A stretch of DNA of 64,000 nucleotides from Streptosporangiaceae bacterium (lineage in GTDB: Bacteria > Actinomycetota > Actinomycetes > Streptosporangiales > Streptosporangiaceae): NCBI GenBank assembly GCA_025964695.1, contig JAOPYK010000149.1, positions 15,278 through 79,277 of the forward strand, in the 5' to 3' direction. A model generated the notes under the pieces. That model saw nothing but the letters and a program-made list of their open reading frames with translations, was not told the origin of the DNA and made no database searches. The translations under genes were made by a program, and so were the position numbers. Shown here in pieces: positions 1-8,515 of this stretch (positions are counted from its first letter, which is position 1; each line of letters begins with the position of its first letter).

Positions 1-7
1 TGATCGC

Positions 8-871
8 GTGGTCATCGACCTGCACACGCACAGCGACGCGTCGGACGGCACGCGGCCGCCGGCCGAGGTGATGTGGTCTGCGCAGGCCAACGGGGTGAAC
101 GTCCTGGCACTGACCGACCACGACACGGTGGACGGCTGGGATGAGGCCATCGCGGCCCTGCCGCCGGGGATGACGCTGGTGCCCGGTATGGAGCTCTCCT
201 GCCGGTCGGCCGGCCGCAGCCTGCATCTGCTGGCGTACCTCTTCGATCCGTACGAACCCGAGCTGGCGGCCGAACGTGAGCGCATCCGTGATGACAGGTT
301 CCACCGTGCGCGGGAAATGATCGACAAGCTCCAGGAGCTGGGTGTGCCGGTGAGCTGGGAACAGGTGGCCGGGATCGCCGGGCAGGGGGCGGTGGGGCGG
401 CCGCACATCGCCCGCGCGATGGTCGAGACGGGTGTCATCCGGACCGTCGACGAGGCCTTCACCGCGACTTGGATCGGGCCGGGCGGGCGTGCGCAGGTGA
501 AGCGCTACGCCCTGGACCCGGTACGGGCCGTACGCCTGGTGACGGCGGCCGGGGGAGCGGCGGTGCTGGCCCATCCCCGGGCCCGCAAACGCGGCTATGT
601 CTTCGGGGACGGCCTGATCGAGGAGCTGTCCGGCGTGGGCCTGGCCGGCGTCGAGGTGGACCATCCGGACCATGACGCGGCGGACCGGACGGCGCTGCGC
701 GGGCTGGCGAAAGGACTGGGACTGATCATCACCGGTGCCAGCGATGATCACGGAGACCTCACCGGGCATCGGCTCGGCTGCGAGACCACGTCCCGCGACG
801 CCCTGGAGGAGCTGCTCGACCTCGCTCACGGGTTCGAGCCCGTACAGGGCGAAGAAGAGGACGGGCGGTAG
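8..871 (+). CDS. PHP domain phosphoesterase (TrpH/YciV-like)
   Basis: N-terminal DLHTHSDASDG, ALTDHDT, GxELS, GRPHIA, AVLAHP and GASDDHG motifs of the PHP family. Confidence 0.9.
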   Translation: MVIDLHTHSDASDGTRPPAEVMWSAQANGVNVLALTDHDTVDGWDEAIAALPPGMTLVPGMELSCRSAGRSLHLLAYLFDPYEPELAAERERIRDDRFHRAREMIDKLQELGVPVSWEQVAGIAGQGAVGRPHIARAMVETGVIRTVDEAFTATWIGPGGRAQVKRYALDPVRAVRLVTAAGGAAVLAHPRARKRGYVFGDGLIEELSGVGLAGVEVDHPDHDAADRTALRGLAKGLGLIITGASDDHGDLTGHRLGCETTSRDALEELLDLAHGFEPVQGEEEDGR

Positions 872-1187
872 AAGGCGGGATCCACCAGGGCGGTCGCGGC
901 CGCACGGGTTGCGAGCGCGGGTCGGCGAGCGCGGGTCCGCGGTCGCGGGTCGGCGGGGACAGGCGGCGGGGACAGGCGACGGGAACGGGTTGCCGGGCGC
1001 ATCGCCGACTGCGTGTCCCGGGAAGGTGGCAGAGGGCCGGCCGCGTGAAAAGGGCGGAAGCTGCACACCGGGGTGGATCCTGACGTCAGCGTGTCGGTGG
1101 GATCGAATGAATTGTCCGTCTATCGGAATGGCGCCGCTGGATCCGCCCTTCCCTCGGCCGGCCTGATTTCGGGATAGGGTGCCTGGC

Positions 1188-1877
1188 GTGAGTGCGCGCA
1201 TCGAGCAGGTCGTGACGTCAGGGAAGTGCACCCTGGACGACGACGAGTACGACGTCGAGACCAACACCTACATCGTCGGTGACGATGACGAGGTGATCGT
1301 GATCGACCCGGCGAACGACGCCGAGGCCATCCTCAAGGCGGTCGACGGCCGTGAGGTCATGGCGGTCATCTGCACCAACGGCCGGAGCAACATTCTGAGT
1401 GCCGTGATCGAGGTGGCCGAGGCGGATGAGGACGACCCGGCGCCGATCGCGCTGCACCGGAACGACCGCCTGCTGTGGCGTCAGTACTTCCGGCAGCTCG
1501 CCAAGGAGACCGAGGACGACGAGCTCAAGGACCTCCAGCCGGACATCGACATCGAGGACGGTGGACTCTTCGAGGTCGCCGGGGCTCAGCTGGAGGTCAT
1601 GCACACCCCGGGATTCACTCCGGGCAGCATCTCCCTCTACAGCGAGCAGCTCGCCGTCCTGTTCACCGGGAACACCCTGCTGCGCGGCAAGCCCGGCGAG
1701 ATCGGCGGCGTCTACCACGACCTGCAGACTCAGCTGAACTCCATCGGCGGGCTGGTCGGCCCGCTGCCCAAGGACACTCAGGTGCTGCCTGGGCAGGGCG
1801 CGGAGACCACGATCGGCGACGAGGACGTGCGCTGGGAGAGCTGGTACTCCCTCGACCGTGAGGCCGACGGCGACTAG
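1188..1877 (+). CDS. Metallo-beta-lactamase fold (glyoxalase II-like) protein with degenerate metal site
   Basis: Overall pattern (RIEQVVTSG...NTYIVGDDDEVIVIDP...HTPG...FTGNTLL) follows actinobacterial MBL hydrolases, but HxHxDH reads TNGRSNI. GTG 1188 lies 7 nt after a TAGGGT -10-like hexamer (possibly leaderless). Confidence 0.75.
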   Translation: MSARIEQVVTSGKCTLDDDEYDVETNTYIVGDDDEVIVIDPANDAEAILKAVDGREVMAVICTNGRSNILSAVIEVAEADEDDPAPIALHRNDRLLWRQYFRQLAKETEDDELKDLQPDIDIEDGGLFEVAGAQLEVMHTPGFTPGSISLYSEQLAVLFTGNTLLRGKPGEIGGVYHDLQTQLNSIGGLVGPLPKDTQVLPGQGAETTIGDEDVRWESWYSLDREADGD

Positions 1878-2048
1878 AGACAGATGTTCGGGTGGACGGG
1901 ACCGAGGAACGTCCCGGCCGCCCGGGCCCATGACGGAGGAGGGGCGCCGAGGCAAAGGCGTCTCACCGCCACGCGAACAGCCGAGCGGAGCGGGCCGATG
2001 ACCTGTGAGCCGCCGGCGTGATCCGTCGCAGCCCTGGCAGCGTCCATC

Positions 2049-2134
2049 ATGAATCGTCCACCATGAATCGAGCGCCGATGGACCGAGCGCCGATGGACCG
2101 AGCGCGGTGAAGCGAGCGTCATGAAGCGAGCGCG
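2049..2134 (+). repeat. Six degenerate 14-15 bp tandem units each starting with ATG/GTG
   Basis: atgaatcgtccacc / atgaatcgagcgccg / atggaccgagcgccg / atggaccgagcgcg / gtgaagcgagcgtc / atgaagcgagcgcg, immediately before ATG 2135. Confidence 0.85.
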
Positions 2135-3058
2135 ATGATCAGCGAGCAGCTGGGCTTCGAAGGAATGCCGCAACGGCTGTACTCCTGCACCCCGTCGCGG
2201 CTGAACAGCTGGCTGGACTGCCCGCGTCGTTACCGGATGACCTACCTCGACCGGCCGCAGCCGCCGAAGGGGCCGCCGTGGGCGCACAACAGCCTCGGTG
2301 CGAGCGTGCACAACGCGCTGGCCGCATGGTGGCGGCTTCCCGAGCACCGGCGCACCGTGGAGATGGCCGGCACGCTGCTGCTGCGCGGCTGGCTGACCGA
2401 GGGGTTCCGGGACGCCGAGCAGTCCGCCGCCTGGCGGACCCGCGCCCGCGAGATGGTCGAGGAGTACGTCGCCGGTCTCGACCCGCACGACGAGCCGATC
2501 GGGGTCGAGCGGACGGTCGCCACCCGTACCGAGGTCATAGCGTTGTCCGGCCGGATCGATCGGCTCGACGCCCGGCCGGACGAGGCGGGGAGTGGGCCGG
2601 GCGCCGAGCTCGTGGTGGTCGACTACAAGACCGGACGCCGGGTGCTCACCGAGGACGACGCCCGTGGTTCGCTGGCACTGGCCCTCTATGCGATCGCCGC
2701 CTCCCGTGTGCTGCGGCGCCCCTGCCGGCGGGTGGAGCTGCACCACCTGCCGACTGGTGGCGTCGCCGTCTGGGAGCACAGCGACGAGTCCCTGCGCCGC
2801 CAGCTCAGCCGGGCCGAGCAGATCGCCACCGAGGCCCGGGACGCCGACGAGGCCTACCGGACCCGGCTGGACATCCCGCCGCCCAGGCGCTCTGAGCGGT
2901 CTGGGGCGACGGTCGACCACACGCCGTTCGACCAGGTCTTCCCGCCGCGCCCGGGCAGGCTGTGCGCCTGGTGCGACTTCTCCCGACACTGCCCCGAAGG
3001 CCGGCAGGTCGCCGCCCCCAAGGAGCCCTGGGCCGCCCTCGCCGAAGCACCCGCGTGA
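2135..3058 (+). CDS. PD-(D/E)XK RecB/Cas4-like nuclease with predicted Fe-S cysteines
   Basis: SGRIDRLD...VVDYKTG...LALYA nuclease motifs; WLDCPRRY plus LCAWCDFSRHCP give the 1+3 Cys arrangement. Confidence 0.85.
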   Translation: MISEQLGFEGMPQRLYSCTPSRLNSWLDCPRRYRMTYLDRPQPPKGPPWAHNSLGASVHNALAAWWRLPEHRRTVEMAGTLLLRGWLTEGFRDAEQSAAWRTRAREMVEEYVAGLDPHDEPIGVERTVATRTEVIALSGRIDRLDARPDEAGSGPGAELVVVDYKTGRRVLTEDDARGSLALALYAIAASRVLRRPCRRVELHHLPTGGVAVWEHSDESLRRQLSRAEQIATEARDADEAYRTRLDIPPPRRSERSGATVDHTPFDQVFPPRPGRLCAWCDFSRHCPEGRQVAAPKEPWAALAEAPA

Positions 3059-3267
3059 TCGTGTGGCGGTGGACACCCACGCCGAGCCCACCGCCGATCA
3101 CCTCCTGATGACTGCTCGCTCCCTGTTTGACCACGCCAGGTGCCAGGTGCGCTATTCGCCGGCGTCGCGGGCGTGCTGGCCAGCGCGCGCCTGGCGAAGC
3201 GATCCGGCCGATGTCGGCCGCCTCATATGAGGTGCCAGGTGCAGGTGCAGGGTGAATGTGGCAGTTG

Positions 3268-4176
3268 TCAGGCTCTGGCGAGTGCGCCGCGTGCGGGCCA
3301 GCGGCGCGGGTCGCGCAGGCCGTACAGGCCCCGGCTCAGGTCGTAACCCTGGGCGTGCAGGCGCTCGCGGGCCCGGCCGAGCATCTCGCGGGTGGGTTTC
3401 ATGAAGGAATAGTCATGTACGGGCTCAGGCAGCGAGTTCATCGCGAGCCGGAAGGACCTCAGCCCCGCCGTCACGGCGGGTTGTGGCACCTCGGGCAGCG
3501 CGGTGTACATCTCGCGGGCCCAGCCCGGTAGCGAGTAGTAGCAGAGTGCACCGAACGGGAAGTACGCGGGCTTGCCCGCAGCAAGGAACTTCAGGTTCTC
3601 CGGCAGCCGGGGCCAGAGCAGGAACCTCACCGTCTCCGTGGCCTCGTCGGTGGCACGCAGCCGCGGCCGCATTTCCCCGAAGTAGGCCTCCAGTTCGGCG
3701 ACGCTGCCGGGGATGTCCTCCACGTGCAGCCCGACATAGGTGCCGCTGTGCCGCTGCTCGGCGACGTAACGGTCGGCCATCGCGTCGGTCATCGGCAATC
3801 CCGAGCGGCGGGCGACCTCGAGATAGGAGGAGACCTCGGCGCAGTGCACCCACAACATGAGTTCCGGCTGGTCCAGCGGCTCCACCTTGCCGGTGTCGTG
3901 GTTGAGGATGCGCAGCCGCCGGTGGATGCCGCGGACGCGGGCACCGATCTCGTCGGCCTCCTCGGGGCTGCCGAAGGTCGAGATGCCGACGAAGTCCGCG
4001 GTCCGCTGCAGACGGCCGAAGGGGTCTTCCTGGAAGTTGGAATTCTGCCAGACGCCCCACATGGCCATCGGATGCAGCGCCTGCAGCATCAGGCCGCGCA
4101 CGCCTCCGACCCACATCGCCCGGTCGATGTGGACCCTCCAGGTCACGCTCTCAGGGGGATGAACCGTCGCCGACAT
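3268..4176 (-). CDS. DUF2236 / MpaB-like oxygenase family protein
   Basis: GVRGLMLQALHP, GRLQRTADFV, GIHRRL, LMLWVH motifs; start placed at the second Met. Confidence 0.8.
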   Translation of the reverse strand: MSATVHPPESVTWRVHIDRAMWVGGVRGLMLQALHPMAMWGVWQNSNFQEDPFGRLQRTADFVGISTFGSPEEADEIGARVRGIHRRLRILNHDTGKVEPLDQPELMLWVHCAEVSSYLEVARRSGLPMTDAMADRYVAEQRHSGTYVGLHVEDIPGSVAELEAYFGEMRPRLRATDEATETVRFLLWPRLPENLKFLAAGKPAYFPFGALCYYSLPGWAREMYTALPEVPQPAVTAGLRSFRLAMNSLPEPVHDYSFMKPTREMLGRARERLHAQGYDLSRGLYGLRDPRRWPARGALARA

Positions 4177-4302
4177 GCACATACCTCTTCAATCCGGCCC
4201 ACTGGAGGAGGCCCGCGCCCGACCGCCATGAGACAAACTCCAGTAAGTGTATCGTTACGCGCACCACCGACGGCCGGCCCCTTGGCCCCGGAAGGGCCCG
4301 CC

Positions 4303-4360
4303 GTGCCCATGATGTTGTTCTGTCCCCCGCCCGAGGGGGACAGAACAACATCATGGGCAC
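4303..4360. repeat. Perfect 26-bp inverted repeat, REP-like element copy 1
   Basis: gtgcccatgatgttgttctgtccccc-gcccga-gggggacagaacaacatcatgggcac; core architecture shared with 19931-19978. Confidence 0.9.
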
Positions 4361-4434
4361 CTCTACGAGAGGCCCGGGGAAGATCCAGCGAGGTGGGTGA
4401 GATCGAGGTCCGGTGCGGTCGAGGTCCGCTGGGG

Positions 4435-5130
4435 TCAGCGGGAGGAGGGGCGGGACCTGGTGACGGCCCGCAGGCGTACGGCGTCGGCGGGACGGTCGGT
4501 GATCAGCACCGATACCCGGTCGTCGGCGAGGAAGCGCCGCATCAGCGGCCTGTCGTTGACGGTCCAGACCATGGCCGGAATGCCCTCGCGGGCACACTGG
4601 CGCAGCACGCCGAGCCGGGCCAGCCGGTGGTGCATCGCGACCCAGTCGGCTCCGCACGCCCGGATCCGGTCCAGCGGGAACAGGTCCCGTACCGTCCCCG
4701 GCTGCGGCAGGTAGCGCCCCACGGAGAGCGCGGTGATCACCCGGGGGAAGGCCCGCTTGACCGCGGCGACCGAGGCGGCGTCGTCCGTGGTGACCACGAA
4801 GTTCTGCGGGCCCAGGAGGTCCAGCGCGAGCGAGACCACCTCGTGCTCGGTCCCGGGCTCCTTCAGGTCGAGATGCCCTTTGACGCGCCCGGCCAGGACC
4901 TCCAGGGCCTCACGGACCCGCGGCACCTGGTGGCCGGCCGCCGCGCACAGCTGACGGTAGGTGCTGCGGGCCAGCCGGGCGCCCGCCACCCGCTCGTCGT
5001 GATGGACGACCAGTTCCCCGTCGGCGGTCCGCCGGATGTCGAGTTCGGCGTACTCGGCGCCGGAGGTCACCGCGGCCTCCAGCACGCCCGGGTCAGCGGT
5101 GTCCCTGCGGTGGGCGGAGATCGCACCCAC
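4435..5130 (-). CDS. Glycerophosphodiester phosphodiesterase family protein
   Basis: ISAHR, AELDIRRTADGELVVHHD, HLDLKE, VWTVND, LITDRP; start re-picked at the GTG before AISAHR. Confidence 0.8.
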   Translation of the reverse strand: MGAISAHRRDTADPGVLEAAVTSGAEYAELDIRRTADGELVVHHDERVAGARLARSTYRQLCAAAGHQVPRVREALEVLAGRVKGHLDLKEPGTEHEVVSLALDLLGPQNFVVTTDDAASVAAVKRAFPRVITALSVGRYLPQPGTVRDLFPLDRIRACGADWVAMHHRLARLGVLRQCAREGIPAMVWTVNDRPLMRRFLADDRVSVLITDRPADAVRLRAVTRSRPSSR

Positions 5131-5299
5131 AACGGAATGTTCCACGAACAGGACGCTACGGCCCTGACCGGTGCCGGACGGGGACGCGCCACCCAAGACC
5201 CGGTGAATTCCGGTCGACCTCAGCACCATCGAAGGTCCAGCTACCAGCAAAAACCTCTCACCGGTGTCTCACGCTACACATTCGGTATGGTTGAGCCCT

Positions 5300-6193
5300 G
5301 TGAGTACGCCCCGGTTTCTCAACCTGCCCCCCGGCGTGCGCCGGACGGACCTTGTGACCTCTCGAGGAACGTTCGCCGCACTCGAAGCGCTGCCGGGTTC
5401 CGGCGTACCCGAACGCTGTCCCGCCCTTCTTGTACCGGGTTTCACCGGCAGCAAGGAGGATTACCTGGGGATCCTGCTGACCCTGGCCTGGGCGGGCCGC
5501 CGGGTGGTCGCCATCGACATGCGCGGCCAGCACCAGTCACCGGCGGCGTCGGACGACTCCGGCTACACCCGGGCGGCGCTGGGCGCCGACGTCTGTGCCC
5601 TGCTCGAGCTGCTGGGGCCTGATCAGGTGCACCTGGTCGGGCACTCTTTCGGTGGTCTGGTCACCAGGGAGGCCGTCATCGCCGATCCGTCCTGTGTCGC
5701 GTCGTTCACCCTCATGAGCTCCGGCCCGGCCGCGATCACCGGGGAGTCCGCGGTCCGGGCCAAGGGCCTGATCGAGGCGCTGCCCCAGCTCGGCATGGAG
5801 CAGATCTGGGAGCTGGCCATGGAGCCGGAGGAGCTGGCCAAGGGCACTTCCGCCGAGATCGTCGAGTTTCTGCGTACCCGTACGCTGGGAAACTGCGAGA
5901 ACGGCCTGCGCTGCATGGCACAGGAGCTGCTGACGTGCCCGGACCGGGTCGAGGAGCTCGCCAAGGTGGCGGACGACGCGGATCTGCCGCTGATGGTGCT
6001 GTACGGAGAGGACGACGACGTGTGGGACCCCCGGGTCCAGGCGGCGATGGCCGACCGCCTGGACGCCGTCATGGTGGTCATCCCGGGCGCTGCGCACTCT
6101 CCCGCCTGGGACGCCCCGGAGACCACCGCGAGCGCACTCACAGACCTGTGGAACCAGGCGGAGCGCAGCACCTTCACCGATCTTCGTCACTGA
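5300..6193 (+). CDS. Alpha/beta fold hydrolase
   Basis: LLVPGFTGSKED, GHSFGG nucleophile elbow, YGEDD, AAHSP. Confidence 0.88.
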   Translation: MSTPRFLNLPPGVRRTDLVTSRGTFAALEALPGSGVPERCPALLVPGFTGSKEDYLGILLTLAWAGRRVVAIDMRGQHQSPAASDDSGYTRAALGADVCALLELLGPDQVHLVGHSFGGLVTREAVIADPSCVASFTLMSSGPAAITGESAVRAKGLIEALPQLGMEQIWELAMEPEELAKGTSAEIVEFLRTRTLGNCENGLRCMAQELLTCPDRVEELAKVADDADLPLMVLYGEDDDVWDPRVQAAMADRLDAVMVVIPGAAHSPAWDAPETTASALTDLWNQAERSTFTDLRH

Positions 6194-6212
6194 TCTTCGT
6201 CACTGATCTTCG
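6179..6212. repeat. 13-bp tandem duplication spanning a stop codon
   Basis: gatcttcgtcact x2 plus partial gatcttcg; contains the TGA of the hydrolase. Confidence 0.85.
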
Positions 6213-6230
6213 CTCGGCCGGCCGCCGGGC

Positions 6231-7220
6231 TCACCCGGCGTCCGGTGTGCTCCCGTGTACGGCGGCGTGGGCGGCGGGAATGCTGCCCAGCCGGCCGGCC
6301 TGGTAGTCCTCGAACGCCTGCATGAGCTCGGCCTTGGTGTTCATCACGAACGGACCGTAGGCGGCGACTGGCTCACGGATCGGCTGGCCACCCAGGATGA
6401 ACACCTCCAGCCCCTCGGTGCGGGTGTCCTGGGTGGCGTCCGCGGCGACGGTGATGGTATTCCCGGCGCCGTACACGGCCAACTGCCCCATCGTCACCGG
6501 GCGCCGCTCGGCACCGGCCGAACCGTCACCGGCCAGGACGTAGACCAGGGCGTTGAAGTCGCGCCGCCACGGAAGGGTCAGGGAGGCACCCGGCGCCAGG
6601 GTGGCGTGCACCAGGGTGATCGGGGTGTAGGTGGATCCCGGTCCGGCGTGTCCGGCCAGTTCCCCGGCGATGACGCGGACCAGCGCGCCGCCGTCGGCGG
6701 AGGACAGCAGGGTGACCTTGTTGCCCGTGATGTCCTGGTAGCGCGGCGTGGCGAATTTCTGCGCCTTCGGCAGGTTCACCCACAGCTGTAGGCCGTGAAA
6801 GAGGCCGCCGCTGGCCACCAGGTGCTCCGGCGGGGTCTCGATGTGCAGGATTCCGGATCCGGCGGTCATCCACTGAGTGTCGCCACCCCCGATCAGGCCG
6901 CCGCCTCCGTGAGAGTCGGAATGGGCCATCTCGCCGTCGATCATGTAGGTGACGGTCTCGAACCCGCGGTGCGGGTGCCAGGGAGTGCCCTTGGGCGCGC
7001 CTGGGGCGTATTCGACCTCGCCCATCTGGTCCATGTGGACGAACGGGTCGAGCGTCCGCAGATCGACGCCGGCGAACGCGCGCCGGACCGGGAAGCCTTC
7101 GCCTTCCAGCCCCTGGGGGGCCGTGGTGACCGACACCACCGGGCGGTTCTCGTCCGTCGCCGGATCGGTCTCGGGGGTACGGGGCAGAGCCAGCGGGTTC
7201 TCTACGGTGACAGCGGGCAT
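6231..7220 (-). CDS. Pirin family protein
   Basis: DPFVHMD, PWHPHRGFETVTY, QWMTAGSGILHIE, HGLQLWVNLP, YGPFVMNT. Confidence 0.95.
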   Translation of the reverse strand: MPAVTVENPLALPRTPETDPATDENRPVVSVTTAPQGLEGEGFPVRRAFAGVDLRTLDPFVHMDQMGEVEYAPGAPKGTPWHPHRGFETVTYMIDGEMAHSDSHGGGGLIGGGDTQWMTAGSGILHIETPPEHLVASGGLFHGLQLWVNLPKAQKFATPRYQDITGNKVTLLSSADGGALVRVIAGELAGHAGPGSTYTPITLVHATLAPGASLTLPWRRDFNALVYVLAGDGSAGAERRPVTMGQLAVYGAGNTITVAADATQDTRTEGLEVFILGGQPIREPVAAYGPFVMNTKAELMQAFEDYQAGRLGSIPAAHAAVHGSTPDAG

Positions 7221-7426
7221 GGTGCACCTTCCCGGATGACGGTTCGACTACTGTTGAAGATTAAACCATCTTCTCGCCGACTTTGTTCCGTTGTCCGGCC
7301 GGTGGCCAGGCGGCGGGGAGAGCGGGGGAGAGCGGGGGAGAGCGGGGAAGAATGCTTCACTGGTGCGTGTCAGCCGCTCCGGAGGGTAAGTCCGGGGCCC
7401 CACCTCTCGGGCAAGGAGAACAGCTC

Positions 7427-7960
7427 ATGACCGACACCCCCTACGACAGGCTGCCCTCGGTGCCGTCGTTCACCCTCACCAGCACGGACGTCAGCGACGG
7501 CCGGCCGCTGGCGATCGCCCACTACAGCGGCTTGTTCGGCGTCCCCGATGGCACGGACACCTCCCCGCAGTTGTCGTGGAGCGGAGCCCCGGCGGGCACC
7601 AAGAGCTACGTGGTGAGCATGTACGACCCGGACGCCCCCATCCCCAGCGGATTCTGGCACTGGGCCCTGGTCGACATCCCCGCCACCACCACCGAGCTTC
7701 CCTCCGGAGCGGGCGACGGTACCGACCTGCCGGGTGGCGCCTTCCACGTGGCCAACGAGGCCCGGTCGCACCGCTTCCTGGGCGCCGCCCCGCCGCCCGG
7801 AAGCGGCAGGCACCGCTACTTCATCGCTGTCAACGCCCTCGACATCGAGTCGGTCACCGACGTAGGCGTCAGCAAGGACTCCACTCCCGCGGTGCTCTAT
7901 TTCAGCATCAGAGAGCACATCCTGGCCCGCGCGGTCATCGCTCCGTGGGGCGGCGAGTAG
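7427..7960 (+). CDS. YbhB/YbcL (PEBP / Raf kinase inhibitor-like) protein
   Basis: SPQLSW, SMYDPDAP, FWHW, GAAPPPGSGRHRY; SD aaggag upstream of ATG 7427. Confidence 0.92.
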   Translation: MTDTPYDRLPSVPSFTLTSTDVSDGRPLAIAHYSGLFGVPDGTDTSPQLSWSGAPAGTKSYVVSMYDPDAPIPSGFWHWALVDIPATTTELPSGAGDGTDLPGGAFHVANEARSHRFLGAAPPPGSGRHRYFIAVNALDIESVTDVGVSKDSTPAVLYFSIREHILARAVIAPWGGE

Positions 7961-8466
7961 CGACCGGCGTCCGGACCGAGGCCCGGAGGTGAGCATGCGC
8001 ACCGCGACCGCTCCCATCATGAGGACGATGATCTCCATCGCCGCCCCGCACCGGCACAGCGGCAGTTACTCGCAGTCGTGAACTCTTCGACGGCGCGGTC
8101 GCGACCTCAGGGATCGCCGCAGCGCGGCGCCCACGTGTGGGGTCCGCGGGCTCGGCGTCCGGCCACCCATCTGGCCCAGGTCACCGTGGGACTTCGGTCG
8201 ACCTGGGCAGATGGGTATGCGACGGCGACGCGGCGCTGGTGATGGGCCGTAGCGTCCGGCTGGCTGGCGGCCCTCGCCGGGCGGACCGGCTACCAGGCTC
8301 TCACGGTCGACCACGAAACCCGGGTCTGGTGGACCCCCCGGCATGGCCGACCTGATCCCCGAGCTCGGTTGAAGGAGATGAGACGGCTCAGCCGGAGACG
8401 CTGGGCGTGCCGTTCTCGATGTGACCGGCGTGCAGGAGCCGGACATACCGGGGCCCGGACATACAA

Positions 8467-8499
8467 ATGGGCGTCATAGGGGCTGCCTATGACGCCCAT
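8467..8499. terminator. 14-bp perfect hairpin downstream of the DEAD-box gene
   Basis: atgggcgtcatagg-ggctg-cctatgacgcccat. Confidence 0.7.
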
Positions 8500-8515
8500 G
8501 CATGGCGTGCCGCCG

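Noticed and set aside
7314-7350. gcgggggaga x3-4 run, and ccgggtg x4 near 48803-48827
   Set aside because: Simple short slippage repeats with no further support for function
8066-8446. 126-aa ORF and others between the PEBP gene and rhlE
   Set aside because: No recognisable motif, SD or codon bias
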